A DNA stretch of 64,000 nucleotides from Caecitellus pseudoparvulus (GCA_965644315.1 CBFFRQ010000018.1:186001-250000); one strand, 5' to 3'. Shown: positions 1 through 12,404, counted from the stretch's first letter. Numbers and translations: made by a program. The notes: generated by a model from the sequence alone, not told the origin.

Positions 1-1
1 A

Positions 2-2368
2 TTGTCTGGAAGGCCTCCACTGCTCAAGAGGGGCCACCAGCGCACACCATTCGCTAAACGTAATGCAGATTCGATTGAAGCTGCTGCTATTGCAGTTTTT
101 GAAGCTAGGGACACGCGCTTTGCACCTGGCTCCGGAAGCGCAACGTCTGGCCGCAGGTTCACTGGTGCACCTGTTCGAGGCCTGCCGAACGGCACGTCCG
201 TAGACACCTTGATCAGCCGAGCCCTCGGTTGCACCTACAATTACTCGTGTGACTCCCTGGCTGGCCTTCAAGGGTGCAGTGCGGAGCGGCCCTTCGCAGC
301 TGTTGTGACGACCATCGCCTCCGCCCCTACAGAAGCTGTGACGGAGCTGGCCTCAGCAAGGCCAGACGTGGACATATTCGTCGTGGCAGACCGCAAAGGG
401 CCAAACTCATGGCCCAAGGCAACTCCGGCCAACATCCACTACCTCACAGTGCCATATCAGGAGCAACACGAGTTCCAGGCTTTCTCACCTCCTTGGAATC
501 ACTTCGGCCGCAAGAACTACGGCTACCTAGCCGCTCTGGCGTCAGGCGCATGCTTCATTTGGGACTTTGATGACGACAACGTACTGCTTGATGCAAAGAA
601 CGGTGTGTTGAACACTGCCCACCTTTCCAGCTGGGCTGCAACCACGCTGCAGCTCAGCCGAGCGCCACGCACCGACACCAGCTCACCCTGGATCAACCAC
701 CTGCCATTCATGGGCGCAACGTCCTTCATCTGGCCCCGCGGGACGCCCCTGGAGCAGGTGCAAGACAGCACGACCTTCTTACCCACCGTCTCTGGCGCAC
801 AGGCGTGCAAGCAGGATGCAGCTCGCCCGGGCTGCATCCGCCTGGGGCCCACCTGCTCCTGCCTGGGTATTCTCAGCAGCCTGGCACAAGGGAACCCAGA
901 CCTTGACGCTGTGCAGCGGCTGACTGGCCCTGCGCCTGTGGACTTCAAGCGGGAGCTGGGTGTCATGGGCGTTCTGGGCCCCGGCACGACAGTCTCCCAC
1001 AACGCCCAGGCCACCCTGCTGAGCCGCGATGTGGTGCTGTTCGCCATGCTGCCGATGACAGTTCACGGTCGCGTGTCTGATATCTGGCGGGCCCTTATTG
1101 CCAACCGCATCGCAGAGGTTGCAGGGCTGGCGGTGGCGGTGACGTCTGGCGCCGTGGTGCACCACCGCAACCCACACAACTACCTCGCCGACCTGGACGC
1201 TGAGCAGCCGCTTTATGCACAAGCGGGCGTGTTGGGCCAGCTGCTGCAAGCGTGGAAGCCTAACTCCAACAGCATCGCAGGTGCCACTGTGGAAGTATAT
1301 GTGCACCTGTACGAGAGGGGCGTGCTGGAGTGGCCCGACGTTACCTGGGCCGTGGAGTGGGTGCGGGCAGTGACGGGCCTCGTTGGAGATGCCCCAGTCA
1401 AGAAACAGGCAGCGCTGCCTTCCCCGCCAGCGCCTGTCCCGCGCCTGGCTGGGGTGACAGCCGTCGTGCACATCAACTTCGACCACACAGAGGTAATCGC
1501 GCCCTGGTTGGCGATATGGGGGCGCGTATACGACAGCGTGGTGTTCTACGTTCCTGGCCGCGAGAAGTGTGAGGCGTCTGGGCTGCCACGCGGCATAGAT
1601 GTCAGGATGGTGTGCCATGTGCCCTCCGACACCCGCCCACGGGGTGGAGCTCCGGGCCTTAGGGGCGTTGCTGGCCGCAATTCCCAGCCCTGGAAGGAGC
1701 TCTTCAGCGGATACTTTGCGTATGAGTCCCTTCTGCATGCCCTGCTCAATACTCCAGTGCCTGACAAGGGCTACATGTTCATGCACGACGATGCGATCGT
1801 GAATGTGCCGCTCATGGCCCAGAAGCTGCGAACACTGAAACCAGGAGTTGGCCTGCCGTGCGACAAGGCCATCACGCGTCTGGCGTACAACGCGGGCGAC
1901 AAGACAGTGTCTAGGATGCCGAAACATAGCGAATGGATGTGGTCCACACATGACATTGGCATTCGGGCGCTGCAGGCAGCTGCACAGGAGAACCCTGCCA
2001 TCCACAGCGCCCTGGCTTTTTGCCAGGAGAAAATTGGCGGCATCCCTGCAGATTCCTGTGACTCCTACTTCTGGCCGGCTGCGAGACGGAAGGAAAGCGT
2101 CGCCTTCCTCCAGACCATGCTGAAACACAGGGTGTTCCTGGAGATCGCCATGCCGATAGCGGCGCACTGTGGACCGGTGCGCAGCGGCAGCCCTGGCGCG
2201 GGAGCCCCGATTGTGAAGGGGGATCGCACGACACCATACAACTCCTGGAGGGATTTCGATCCCAAGCAACACATATACGTGCATCCAGTGAAGCTTGGTT
2301 TGCGGCATGGACCGTTCGTCCATGCGATGGTGCGAGATGGCAAGGTGAAGCAAGAGAGGCCAAAGTAA
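2..2368 (+). CDS. STELLO/DUF288-family glycosyltransferase-like protein, 5'-partial
   Basis: Frame is open from the window edge. STELLO-type motifs: VVTTI, VVADRKGP, PWNHFGRKNYGYL, IWDFDDDN, WPRG, NPDLDAVQRLT, LPMTVHGRVSDIWR, RNPHNYLADLDAE, GYMFMHDDAIVN, FLEIAMP, YVHPVK. Confidence 0.85.
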   Translation: MSGRPPLLKRGHQRTPFAKRNADSIEAAAIAVFEARDTRFAPGSGSATSGRRFTGAPVRGLPNGTSVDTLISRALGCTYNYSCDSLAGLQGCSAERPFAAVVTTIASAPTEAVTELASARPDVDIFVVADRKGPNSWPKATPANIHYLTVPYQEQHEFQAFSPPWNHFGRKNYGYLAALASGACFIWDFDDDNVLLDAKNGVLNTAHLSSWAATTLQLSRAPRTDTSSPWINHLPFMGATSFIWPRGTPLEQVQDSTTFLPTVSGAQACKQDAARPGCIRLGPTCSCLGILSSLAQGNPDLDAVQRLTGPAPVDFKRELGVMGVLGPGTTVSHNAQATLLSRDVVLFAMLPMTVHGRVSDIWRALIANRIAEVAGLAVAVTSGAVVHHRNPHNYLADLDAEQPLYAQAGVLGQLLQAWKPNSNSIAGATVEVYVHLYERGVLEWPDVTWAVEWVRAVTGLVGDAPVKKQAALPSPPAPVPRLAGVTAVVHINFDHTEVIAPWLAIWGRVYDSVVFYVPGREKCEASGLPRGIDVRMVCHVPSDTRPRGGAPGLRGVAGRNSQPWKELFSGYFAYESLLHALLNTPVPDKGYMFMHDDAIVNVPLMAQKLRTLKPGVGLPCDKAITRLAYNAGDKTVSRMPKHSEWMWSTHDIGIRALQAAAQENPAIHSALAFCQEKIGGIPADSCDSYFWPAARRKESVAFLQTMLKHRVFLEIAMPIAAHCGPVRSGSPGAGAPIVKGDRTTPYNSWRDFDPKQHIYVHPVKLGLRHGPFVHAMVRDGKVKQERPK

Positions 2369-3189
2369 AACCCCGATGAATCCCACTGTGTGAATACACA
2401 CAGTTAATAACGTCGCTCTTCATGCACAGATGCACTTGGTCTTGTCATACGCATTTCGCCCCATGGTTCGGCAAGGCAGATTAGTGGACTCTTCACAGGA
2501 CCCGCACCTGCCCCTTCCCTACCCTGCCCTCCGACCCCTGAAACAGTCCACCATCACCAGCCTGCAGACGCCGCTCCAGACGACCCGCGTCAATGCTCAC
2601 AGAGTACCCATGCAGCTGCTTCAGCAGTGCCTGCGGCGGCTCACGCTCCTTCCCCGCTGCCATGCCCGGGTCGCAGCGACGAGCGTTGACAGTCGCCACA
2701 CACAGGCACCCTCACAGCGTCACCTGCGAGGACCAGCGGTCAACTGACGAACCCCAGTACACATGCACAGTGAAGAAGCCTCCAACCTCCCTGCCGTCGC
2801 CCCACAGCCCTCCCCTGGCCCCACACCAGTGACTGCCCGCTCTGGCTGGCTTTCGCAGCAGCGACGAGCACTCTGTGCGCAGCCAAGCTGACCTGCACGT
2901 AGTAGGGTGCAGAGCAGCGAAGCGGCATGTGCCACGTGCAAAATGGGTGGATGTTTGATTTTTAGTGCTTGCAAGGTGCTGGAAGGAGAGGGGAGGGTCG
3001 CTTTCTTGAATGCATTGCTGTGTTTGCTGGGAGGCCAGCAACACAGAGGGGCCTGGACTCCTTCAAGAACGAGCAACCCGTTCGCCATATGGCCAGATAA
3101 GCACCCCCGGTAGCATGCCATTACATTCACCGCGCAGGCTTCCGCCCACCATGTACATCGCCCAAGTGGGCCACACACTCAAGCTACGC

Positions 3190-5055
3190 TCATTTCACCC
3201 ACGCGGACGGCAGCAGCTTCGTTGCGATGTGGTCACATGGGCTGAATCCGAATTGAAGCTGGCGTTGGTGCAGCACATGGCTGGAAAAGGTGCTGCGGGG
3301 CGTGCCGATGACACAGCTGAGCAGGGACAGGATGGCCTTGTCTAGCCACCCCAAGTACTTCATGGACAACTTTCCTCTGAACTGCCACCTGCCTAAGTTG
3401 GCGCAGGCCCCGGCCAAGCTGTAGTCGTACACATTCTGCCCTAATGGGTCCTGTACCCGCACCGTCGCACGCTCTGCAGCTGGGGCCCCAGCTGGCCAAC
3501 CAGCACATGCAGCCTGCATCCAAGGCAGCACATCCGCAAGGGACACGACACTCGGCGCCAGCTGCGCACTGAATGGCTGCGGAGGCGCGTGAGGTAGCAT
3601 GGGCAGGCGTGGTGTCTGCAAGCTGTCCAACTTCGCCACGGGCACGGCAGGCGTCGGCTCTCCTGCAGCCAGACACCCGCGAACGCGTGCCACGAACGGG
3701 CCGGCGTCATTGCTGGCCACATACACGTGCCGCAGTCGATGCCGCTGCATGGCAGACACCAGTGCCACCGTGTACTGCGCGTCCGTCACCAGGCAGTTGT
3801 GGTCGGCGCCACACGATGCGGCCCAGTCCCCGCGTCGCACGTGCACGCCGGCCACCGCCGCGCCAGGGCCAAAAGCCAGCGTGACCATCCACGCCGCCAT
3901 GGCGTGCAGGTTGTGGCTGAGCCACAGGTTGGACACCCTGACGGCATCCCTGCCCTCTCTGAATATGGACATGCTGCCCAGGAACTCCACGTGGTGCACG
4001 CCATCCCGCTCCGCCGCCTGGCGGGCTTGCAGCAGGCCTGCGTCGTCGGGTGAATATGAGTCTGGCCACGGTTGCAGTGGCACGTGGGCCGCCTCCTGCT
4101 GCCCCGCCACCCCCAGCCTCCACTTGAGGAGGCAAAACTTGTCCTTCTCCCCTCCAGGCAGCCACCCAACTTCGCCCGAGGCCGCGTTGACTCGCACCCC
4201 CGGGTGTTGCCGGCTGCGGGCACGGAACTGGGACGTTGCCCGCACCGGCAGCGACGTGCCGTGGCTCACGTTCAGCCCGGGGGCCAGCGCACGCACGTCC
4301 AGAGAGCTCCAGCACCGCGAAGCGGCCTTGGCAGCAGCATGAACCGCGGGCTGCCACCGCACCACTTCATAGATCGGCACGCCCGAGATGCACGGCGGCA
4401 GGAGCGGCGTGGCTCCCAGCTGCAGCGCCTTCGCCAGCAGGCCGTCCACCTCAAGGACCCGATTCGTCGCTTGGCCGTATGATTCTCTCTGGTCGATGGC
4501 AAGCAAAAGAGGCTGCAGAACAGGGCTGGTGCTGTACATCTCTTGCAGCAAGGCTGCCGGAGCCAGGGCAGGCCTCGCACCCGCACTTGGGCCCACTGCT
4601 GTTGCCGACGCGTCCGTGACGCTCGCGAGTGGCAGCGTCCCATTCCTGGACTGCTGGACCAGCACCGAGCAGTACCCTGGCAAAACTTTCACTGCTGGGT
4701 CGGGCCTCTCCGGCAGCATCATCTTCCACATCAAGCGAATGGGCCCAACGAGCGCTGTGCAGTGGCGCCAGTTTTGTGCGTGCGAGGTCCAGTGTGCGCG
4801 GTGGTGACCAGCGGCCTGCAGGGAGCACGCACCCAGAAAGCACAGGAACATGGTCACACACATCAACTTGTGTCTATTGAACAGCTGCAATGCTCTTTCT
4901 AGGGTCCCCCATCGTGCGCTCAGCCAGGATCTGCATTTGCCTTTGCCGGGGCCACACAGATTCCGCATCTTTGCCTCGTCCGCCTCAGCACACGCAGTTA
5001 GCAGCCCACCGCGCAGGGGGTGTTCAAGGGCGCAGACATTTAAAATGTTGTCCAT
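3190..5055 (-). CDS. GDP-fucose O-fucosyltransferase-like (GT-B) type II membrane protein
   Basis: Motifs GVHVRRGDW, VYVASND and LDKAILS..VIGTPRSTFS. N-terminal hydrophobic anchor. Start at ATG 5055 or 4968. Probable in-frame intron 4755-4832 (GTGCGT..CACAG). Confidence 0.7.
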   Translation of the reverse strand: MDNILNVCALEHPLRGGLLTACAEADEAKMRNLCGPGKGKCRSWLSARWGTLERALQLFNRHKLMCVTMFLCFLGACSLQAAGHHRAHWTSHAQNWRHCTALVGPIRLMWKMMLPERPDPAVKVLPGYCSVLVQQSRNGTLPLASVTDASATAVGPSAGARPALAPAALLQEMYSTSPVLQPLLLAIDQRESYGQATNRVLEVDGLLAKALQLGATPLLPPCISGVPIYEVVRWQPAVHAAAKAASRCWSSLDVRALAPGLNVSHGTSLPVRATSQFRARSRQHPGVRVNAASGEVGWLPGGEKDKFCLLKWRLGVAGQQEAAHVPLQPWPDSYSPDDAGLLQARQAAERDGVHHVEFLGSMSIFREGRDAVRVSNLWLSHNLHAMAAWMVTLAFGPGAAVAGVHVRRGDWAASCGADHNCLVTDAQYTVALVSAMQRHRLRHVYVASNDAGPFVARVRGCLAAGEPTPAVPVAKLDSLQTPRLPMLPHAPPQPFSAQLAPSVVSLADVLPWMQAACAGWPAGAPAAERATVRVQDPLGQNVYDYSLAGACANLGRWQFRGKLSMKYLGWLDKAILSLLSCVIGTPRSTFSSHVLHQRQLQFGFSPCDHIATKLLPSAWVK

Positions 5056-5407
5056 AGGTGGACTGGTGAGGCCCGAGGTGCCTTGTCGCAACGCACAAGG
5101 GCTGTTGAGCCGTGGCTTCGAATGTGAGCTTTCCACTTCACTGCGAGCCGGGCTCGCTAGGTGAAGCTCCGGCACAGGCAAGAATGAAATGCGCAGCACG
5201 TTCTGGGGGTGAGACCCAGTAGGGGAAAGACGTCCGTCTGTCCACACTTATTTTTGCATGGAAGCGGCCCCCATGTCCTGTCCGCAGGAGGCTCGATGAC
5301 GGCTCAGCCGACCCAGCTAATCGACAAATCCCAGAAACCACCCCAAGACTCGGCAGCATCTCCTTCACTTTCTGCGTGGTTCGCCTGCCCGCACCCGTGT
5401 CCCAAAA

Positions 5408-7161
5408 TGCGCTGCCAGCGATTGGCGGCAGCTGTGCTGGCGGCAGCAGCCGTAGCACACACCGCGGTTCTCGCGAGGAACCCGCTGGCAAAGGATTTTC
5501 AGCCGCTTGCCGGTGATCATGCCGCTGCATGCAAGCATGCTGACTGCGGTGAGCACCTCATTGTCACTGGGTGAGTTCGGCATGCAGGGGCGATCGCTCT
5601 GCAAGGTTGCGCCAGCTGCTTCCCGGCGCCTTGCCCAGGATGCTTGAGCAAGGGCGCCTGCAAGAGGCTCGGGATGCCAGCCGCGTGACTGGAATCGGAA
5701 ATGAGACCAGCTTCGCTGGCTTTGTGACGGTGAACAGTGCGTGCCGCGAACAGCAGGCTTTCCGCGTTTGCCCAAGTGCAGTGCAGATGGATGCCACCAC
5801 TCTCCATGTCTACGTTTGCTTCCGCAGAATCCACCAACGGCAACCTGTTTTGGTGGTACTTCCCACACCCTTCACCGGAAGCACCCACGTTGGTTTGGCT
5901 GCAGGGTGGCCCAGGTGCGTGGTGCGCAGCACCCCAGGCGCCAGTCGCCCAGCTGGTCTCAGCGTGCACCTGTGCACGCGCTCCATTGCACCACGCAGGC
6001 GGCCCGTCAACTTTCGCCGTCTTCAACGAGTTTGGTCCTTATCGACTGCAGCCTGCTGCGGGGGGCAACTTCACTGTCCATGGCAACCCGTACACCATCA
6101 CCCAGAAGTACAGCGTGATCTTCCTGGACAACCCAGTTGGCACGGGCTTCAGCTATGTCAACCCAGGCGGCCTGTGCACGGACAAGACGTGCTATGGTGA
6201 TGGCATTTACGAGGCCACTGCCCAGCTGGCAGGGATTTTCCCCGCTATCGCCCGGAACCGCCTGTACGTCACAGGCGAGAGCTACGCAGGAAAGTACGTG
6301 CCCATGGGAGCCTACACCATCCACGAGGCAAATGTCGCGCTGGCAGAGGGCGGGGCAGCTGCTGCGGCTCTGAAGCAGCGCTTGCCCCATGCTCTGCAGC
6401 TGAACTTGGCTGGCGTGGCCATTGGCGACGGGTGGGTGGACCCGCCCACTATGGTCACAGCGTACCCAGCCATCAATGCTGCCTTCGGGCTGGCAAGCCC
6501 TGCCCAAGTGGCCCGCACAGAACAGTATGTGAACAACATGACTGCCGCTATCAAGGTCGGGCAGTATGAGAAGGCGTACGCGGCGTGGGACGAGTACATG
6601 AACGGAGACCTCCTGCCCTCTGGCAAGTCCTTCTGGATGAACACAACAGGTGTGACCGACTACTTCAACATCTTGCGCGATGCCTCGCCCGCCGCCTTCA
6701 ACTACTTCAGCCAGTACCTCGTGCAGCCGGCGCAGCGTGCGGCGCTTCACATCGGTGATGCCACCATGCACCCTGGCTCAGCTGTGGAGAAGGCCCTTGT
6801 GCCAGATGTCATGCAGAGCGTCAAGCCTGAGTTGGCCGTGTTGGCGGCGCACTATGACGTGCTGGTGTACTCAGGGCAGCTGGATGTCATCATCGGCGCC
6901 CTCCTCACTGACGCCTTCCTGCCCACCATGCAGTGGCCGGGATCCCAGTCGTTCGCAGCCACTGAGCGCGTGGTGTGGCATCTGGACGGCAGCGTCGCTG
7001 GGTATGCACGCACAGGCTCGTGCCCCAGGCCCAGTGGTGGCACCGCTCACTTTTCGCGGGTGATCATTCGTGGCGCGGGGCACATCGCGCCGTGGGACCA
7101 GCCTGCGCGTGTCCTGGACATGATGACGCGCTTCGTTGATGGCGTTTTCTGGAGTGGCTGA
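5408..7161 (+). CDS. Serine carboxypeptidase S10, CPVL-like, secreted/lysosomal
   Basis: Signal peptide MRCQRLAAAVLAAAAVA. Introns 5571-5638, 5737-5827 and 5915-5998 restore SFAGFVTVNKSTNGNLFWWYFP and WLQGGPGGPS. Also DNPVGTGFSY, GESYAG (catalytic Ser), GQLD and GAGH. Confidence 0.93.
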
Positions 7162-7365
7162 AGCCTTCTGTGAGGCAATGCACGTGGTGCTGGATGATCA
7201 CCTCAGGCTCCAGCTGCTGGCTGCGACAAGGGCACGGCTGGCTGACGGCACCCAGCTCAACACTGCAGCTCCGCGGGACCAAAAACCGACTCACTTCGAT
7301 CCTCGTACGAACACCTCTCCGTGGTTGGCCCCTCTCGATCAAGCAAAGTCACAGCTCAACCGGAC

Positions 7366-8663
7366 ATGGCAGCGGCGTCAGGAGAGGGTGGCGGGAGCCA
7401 GGAGGGCAAAGCCTTGGTCATCACAGCCTTCGGTGGCTTTGACAAGCTCAAGGTCCAGCCATGCGCTGTGGTGGCGCCAGGTGACGGCGAAGTTCAGGTA
7501 AACCTCAAGGCAGCTGGGGTAAACTTCGCAGAGCTCATGGCCAGGGTGCGTGGTGCATGCACACGCGGGCGTGTTGAGCGAAGTTCCGCAGGAGCACCAC
7601 CCCCTCGACTGCAGATGGGCGTGTACCCGCCGGTGAAAAAGGCGCCCACTGTCGTCGGGTACGAAGGAGCAGGAGTCGTCACCGCTGTGGGATCTGGTGT
7701 GACAGAGTACGCTGTCGGGGGTGCGTAACGCAGAGTTTGCTGGTGCATGAATCAGACTCGCAACGCAAGCACGTGCTGCTTGCTGTCGCAGACCGGGTCG
7801 CCGTCGTGCATGGCTTTGACCTCTTCAAGACGCACGTGACATTTCCCCAGGAGTACCTGTTCAAGATGCCGGAAGGCATGGGGTTCGCCGAGGCCGCTGC
7901 TTTGCCTGTGCAGTACCTGACGGCCAAGATGATGCTGGACATGGGCGGGGTGGCGCCTGGCAAGAGCGTCCTGGTGCACATGGCAGCAGGGGGGGTGGGC
8001 ACTGCCGTGTGTCAGATCTGCAAGGCAGTTGGGGACGTGACAGTGTACGGCACATGCTCAGCCGGCAAGCACGAGTACGCCCGCGAGCAAGGCTGCACCG
8101 TGCCGATTGACTACAAGACACAGGCGTACGACAAGGTTGTGCAGGAGGCGACGGGTGGCAAGGGAGTTGACATTGTCTTGGACCCGCTGGGTGGGCCAGA
8201 TATCGCCAAGAACTATGCCCTGGTCGCCCCCCTGGGCAAGCAGATCTTGTACGGCGCGTCGAACTACCTGTCTGGCAGCGGCACCATTTCACCCTGGAAC
8301 GCCATGAGCGTGTGGTGGAACACTGCGAAGCTGGACGTCATGACCCTCATGCAGACCAATCGGACAGTTGCTGGCTTCAACCTGGGGCTGCTGGTGCATG
8401 AAGTCGCCCTCATCCGGGAGGCCATGATGTCCGTCTTGCAGCTGTGGAGCGAAGGCAAGGTAAAGCCCGTCGTGGACCGCGTGTTCTCCTTTGAACAGGC
8501 CGGCGCCGCTCACAAGTTCATGACGGACCGCAAGAACAAAGGCAAGATTTTGCTGGCGTGGGAGCCGCTGCCGCACAGCGAGCTGCCGGGGGGGTACGCA
8601 CACTTCGCCGAGGAGCCCACGGGCGAGGGCGACTTTGTCCTCCCACCTGAGGACAGCGCTTGA
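7366..8663 (+). CDS. VAT1-like NADPH quinone oxidoreductase (MDR family)
   Basis: Motifs GVNFAELMAR, GYEGAGVV, VGDRV, VLVHMAAGGVG, GVDIVLD and RKNKGKILL. Introns 7546-7614 and 7721-7791. Confidence 0.9.
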
Positions 8664-8722
8664 TGGAGTGGAGGCATGTGCGTGGCCGTGCAGCTATACA
8701 ATGCAGCTTCGATCGGCGTTGC

Positions 8723-11700
8723 CTACGGGCTTGTTCCCAGCGGCTGTGGGCAGTTTGGGGCGATGGCTCCGTCAGCCGGCTGGGCGATCCACTGCACTGC
8801 ATCCAGCGCCACAACTTCGTGCCCGGGAGTCGCATCACCGAAGACGCGCACGGCAGTGAGCCCTTGTAGCACAACGTGGATGTCACACTCACAAGCCACC
8901 TGGGATGCTTTCCGGTGCAACTGCTGCACTGCCATGGTTGGGTGTGTGGAGCCAGGCTTGCGACGGCGTCCCTCGCCGTGACCGCTCCATGCAGCACTCC
9001 CCCTTCGCCATGCGCTGGCAGCGAGGCTGACCTCAACGGTAATGGGCTTGCCAACTGAGACTGGGGAGTCCATTGGCAAGTAGTGTCTGAGAAAGCGCAG
9101 ACCGGCCGGGCACCCGGCGCACTCCAGCTCAACCAGGGGAACTGCATCCCCCCAACGAACGGCCCCTGCATCACTTGGGGCGAGCACAAGCAGGCTCAGA
9201 CGCAGCTGCCCGCCAGTCGCCGCGGATGCAGCGCGAGTCCAAGGCCCTGACGACTTCTGGAAGTACCACAAGGCTGTGTCTTCAGCGGTAGGGCGAGGGG
9301 GCAGCGCAGCTTCGCTGGCTTGCAGGTAGCGACTAATGCCCTGACCGAGCGTGCCAGTCCGGTGTGTCAGTGCGCCACGCCCACGGCCGAGGTGGCTTCC
9401 CATTCCATTGCAGTGCACCGCCCAGCCTTCGGCGTCAAAGTCAAAGAAGTTGCTTGCCAGAGCACGGGAAGAATCCACAATCCACACAGTCGCTGCGCGT
9501 GTCGTCGGAGTACTGTCTGGCACCAAACTCGCACTGTGGAGGAACGTGCCCCAAGACCACCCTCGGGCCGCTGGGGCAGGTGCAGTGATGAAGACGACCC
9601 GGGAGTCGTGCTCCACGCGCACAAAGCCGTTGCTGCTGGGGATACTTGCCCCAGCCATCGGCTCGTACCCAAAGTCTGCGAAGACTTGAGACAGTTGAAA
9701 AAGAGACTTGTCAGGGGCATCATAGCGTACCCAGTGTGTAAGCTGCGGTGAGGCGACCTGGGAGGTTGGCCCGAGGTCAACCGGGAGGCTGGCTGCGACC
9801 TGGCGCGAGGGCCCCGCGGAGAAGACAGCTGCAAGTGGCACTACGCCCCCGTCTCTGCGCGGAGATGCAGCAGCCTCACAGTGACCACCAGGTGCCTGAG
9901 ACCTTGACAACTCCGCAGCAGTCTCTGCCGCAGCCGTAGCTTTGCGCATGTCCTCCACGATGTCCTGCATGCTCGTCCCATCCTTCGCACCTCCACCTTG
10001 TGGAGGGGCATCTTGAGTGTTTACAGTCGCTGTCATGCTGGATATCGTGCCCAGGGTGGCACCAGAAGGCACTGCGCCAGCTGCTACAAGCGCTTGCATG
10101 GCTGTGGGGGCGCCAATCAAGACGGGGGCAAGCTCGCTGATGGCACCGACATCTGCCGCATCGTTGGTGGGAAGCTGCACAGCGAACAGGATCCTGACCG
10201 CGAGAGGAGTCGAGGGAGTGAATAACTGCCGGGACGTGGGGCTACGAGCAAGGCGGCGTGGCAGCTGTGATCCCAAGGGTGTGTGGTTTTGCTGCTCCAC
10301 GCGCAGGATGTCCACACGAAGAAGCCCGCGTTGCCGTGTGTCGAGGAAGTCAGTCAGGCCCTCCGCGAGAACCCCCTTCAAGGACTTGGACAGAGCAAAG
10401 TTTGACACACTGTCTGCACTGGCATTCCTCAAGACCAACTCCCCACTCAGCTGTGCCATGCCTGGGCACACCGGCCCGCTGCAACGAGCGTACCGGACCA
10501 AGTCCTTCGCCCAAGGGCAGCCCCCCCAGTAGTTCTGTGGCACGGCAACGCTGCGCTTGCGAACTTCAACGCCCATGCGACCACATGCTGGAGGTGCAGC
10601 GGAGGTGGTGCTGCGCTGGCACGCTGACGGTGCCGACCAGGCTGACACGACGCAATCCTGAACACAATTGAAACCATGCGGGAACTCGGGCACGCCAGTT
10701 GGAAAGGTGTATGAGGCAAATGGAGGGAGGCGCGTCACATCTCTCATTGACACGGCATCGTCCGAAGCCTCTAGGGCATCAACGGCCTCCTGGAATGTCG
10801 CAAAGTCCTGTGTCGGTGGCAGCGCCGCCGTGGAGATGCGGGAATAGTCGAACTGCTCAGGGTCCTGGCCGCTCAGGGGTGAATAGCCAGGTGGCACAGA
10901 GATAGCAGCGCTGTCCATGTAAAAGGAGAGGGGCACCGGGGGACAGTACACTGTGGGGGGCAGCGTCGGCGTCGGGGAGGGTGTTCCGCTTGGCGTGACA
11001 GAGCTGGACGGGCTGGGAGTGGCGGACGAAGACGGGGTTGGTGTCTGCGAGGGAGAAGGGGTACCACTGCTCGTGACGGTCGGGGACCCTGAAGTGCTTG
11101 ACGTTGCAGTTGGTGACACGGTGCCGCTGGGAGTTGCCGAGCTGGACGGAGAGCCCGTCACGCTGCCGGTCGGCGACACCGAATGAGACGGCGTGCCTGT
11201 CGGCGACCTTGTACTGGAAGTGGAGGAGCTGGGTGATGATGAGGGCGAAGGGGACTTGGTCGGAGACATTGAAGGCGTGGATGTTTGCGTTCCGGTCGGT
11301 GACGGGGAGGAGGAAACAGTGGCGGAGGTGGACGCCGATGCTGAGGGTGTCGCGGTCGCCGTACCGTACGAGGGATAGTCTGGCACGTCTGCGTGTGGGG
11401 AGGTAAGGCTGAGCACTGCTGCCATGCGCTCAAGGACAAACAGAGAGACACACTCACATGCAGGATAACTGGGGTATACGCTGTGCTCAGCAGTGTCGCC
11501 ATAGTGCGGGGCATCCCCGGGGCCCAGCACCCCAGCCACACGGCGTCTGCGCAGCAGCTGGGAGGACGGATCTGGGAAGCTGGCACTGCCATCCACCTGC
11601 AAGCTTCGCACGCCGGCGACAACAGGACGACCCAGTTTGGAGCTCTCATCCACAATGCTGCTGACCCCTTCCAGGCCAACAAGCGCTTCGGCCCAAGTTC

Positions 11701-12254
11701 CACTCGAGGCTTCGTTGAGCAGCCTTGCTGCCTCGGCAGCATCAAGCGAAATCGCCAGCTGGCGACGCCGCACCCCCAGTCCGTCTTCGTTCCCAGCTTC
11801 CCAATCGAGATGCGCCGCCTGCGGCATGTTGTCGCACTGGCGCAGTGCTTGCAGGCACGCTGCAAAGCCACAGTGCTTTCCTCACCTCAAGTGCCGAGGG
11901 CTGTGGAGCGCCAGCCAGCGCATTCAGGCCATCAATGAAGACAGAAGCACTGCCAACGTGCACCACTACCACTGTGGTTCCTTGAAAAGGCAGTGTCGCA
12001 GCAGCATCCAGCACTGCAGCTTCGAGTGAGGAGTGCACGCCTGCTGCGCTCAAGGCGGCTGGCCAGGCTTCCCACGCAGCAGTGCCGGCGAGAAAGAAGA
12101 ACCTGTCAGGGTCATCATCATGAAGCAGGACTGAGCAGGCCTCATCTACTTCATCCCCAACCTCGGCGTGCAGAACAACAGCCTGGGGTGCGTTCAAGGA
12201 GTTTCCCCAGCGAAACGCGAGGAGCAGCAGCGCTCCCACCAACGCTCTCACCAT
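8723..12254 (-). CDS. Secreted protein with S/T/P mucin-like stalk, thrombospondin-1-like repeat and C-terminal laminin-IV(B)-like domain
   Basis: Signal peptide MVRALVGALLLLAF. Introns 11819-11885 and probably 11389-11457. S/T/P tract ~10950-11360. TSR-like DCVVSAWS..C..CG..RKRSV..GGCP..C. C-terminus has FDFDAEGW, WYF, GGQL and VLQGLTAVRVFGD..GHEVVALDAV. Confidence 0.7.
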
Positions 12255-12404
12255 CCCGACAGCACAGAAAAACAAACATACGCGTCATAGGGCAAGGAGA
12301 GGGGCCAGTCTGTCTGCAATGAAAGCCATAACAAGACGGCCTTTGCATTGTAGGCGGGGCAGGCAATCCAACACTACGCAATAGTCACAACGGCTCCAAC
12401 CACG

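Noticed and set aside
5408-8663. Frameshifts or pseudogenes implied by split ORFs
   Set aside because: All frame changes examined are resolved by canonical GT-AG introns that restore conserved motifs.
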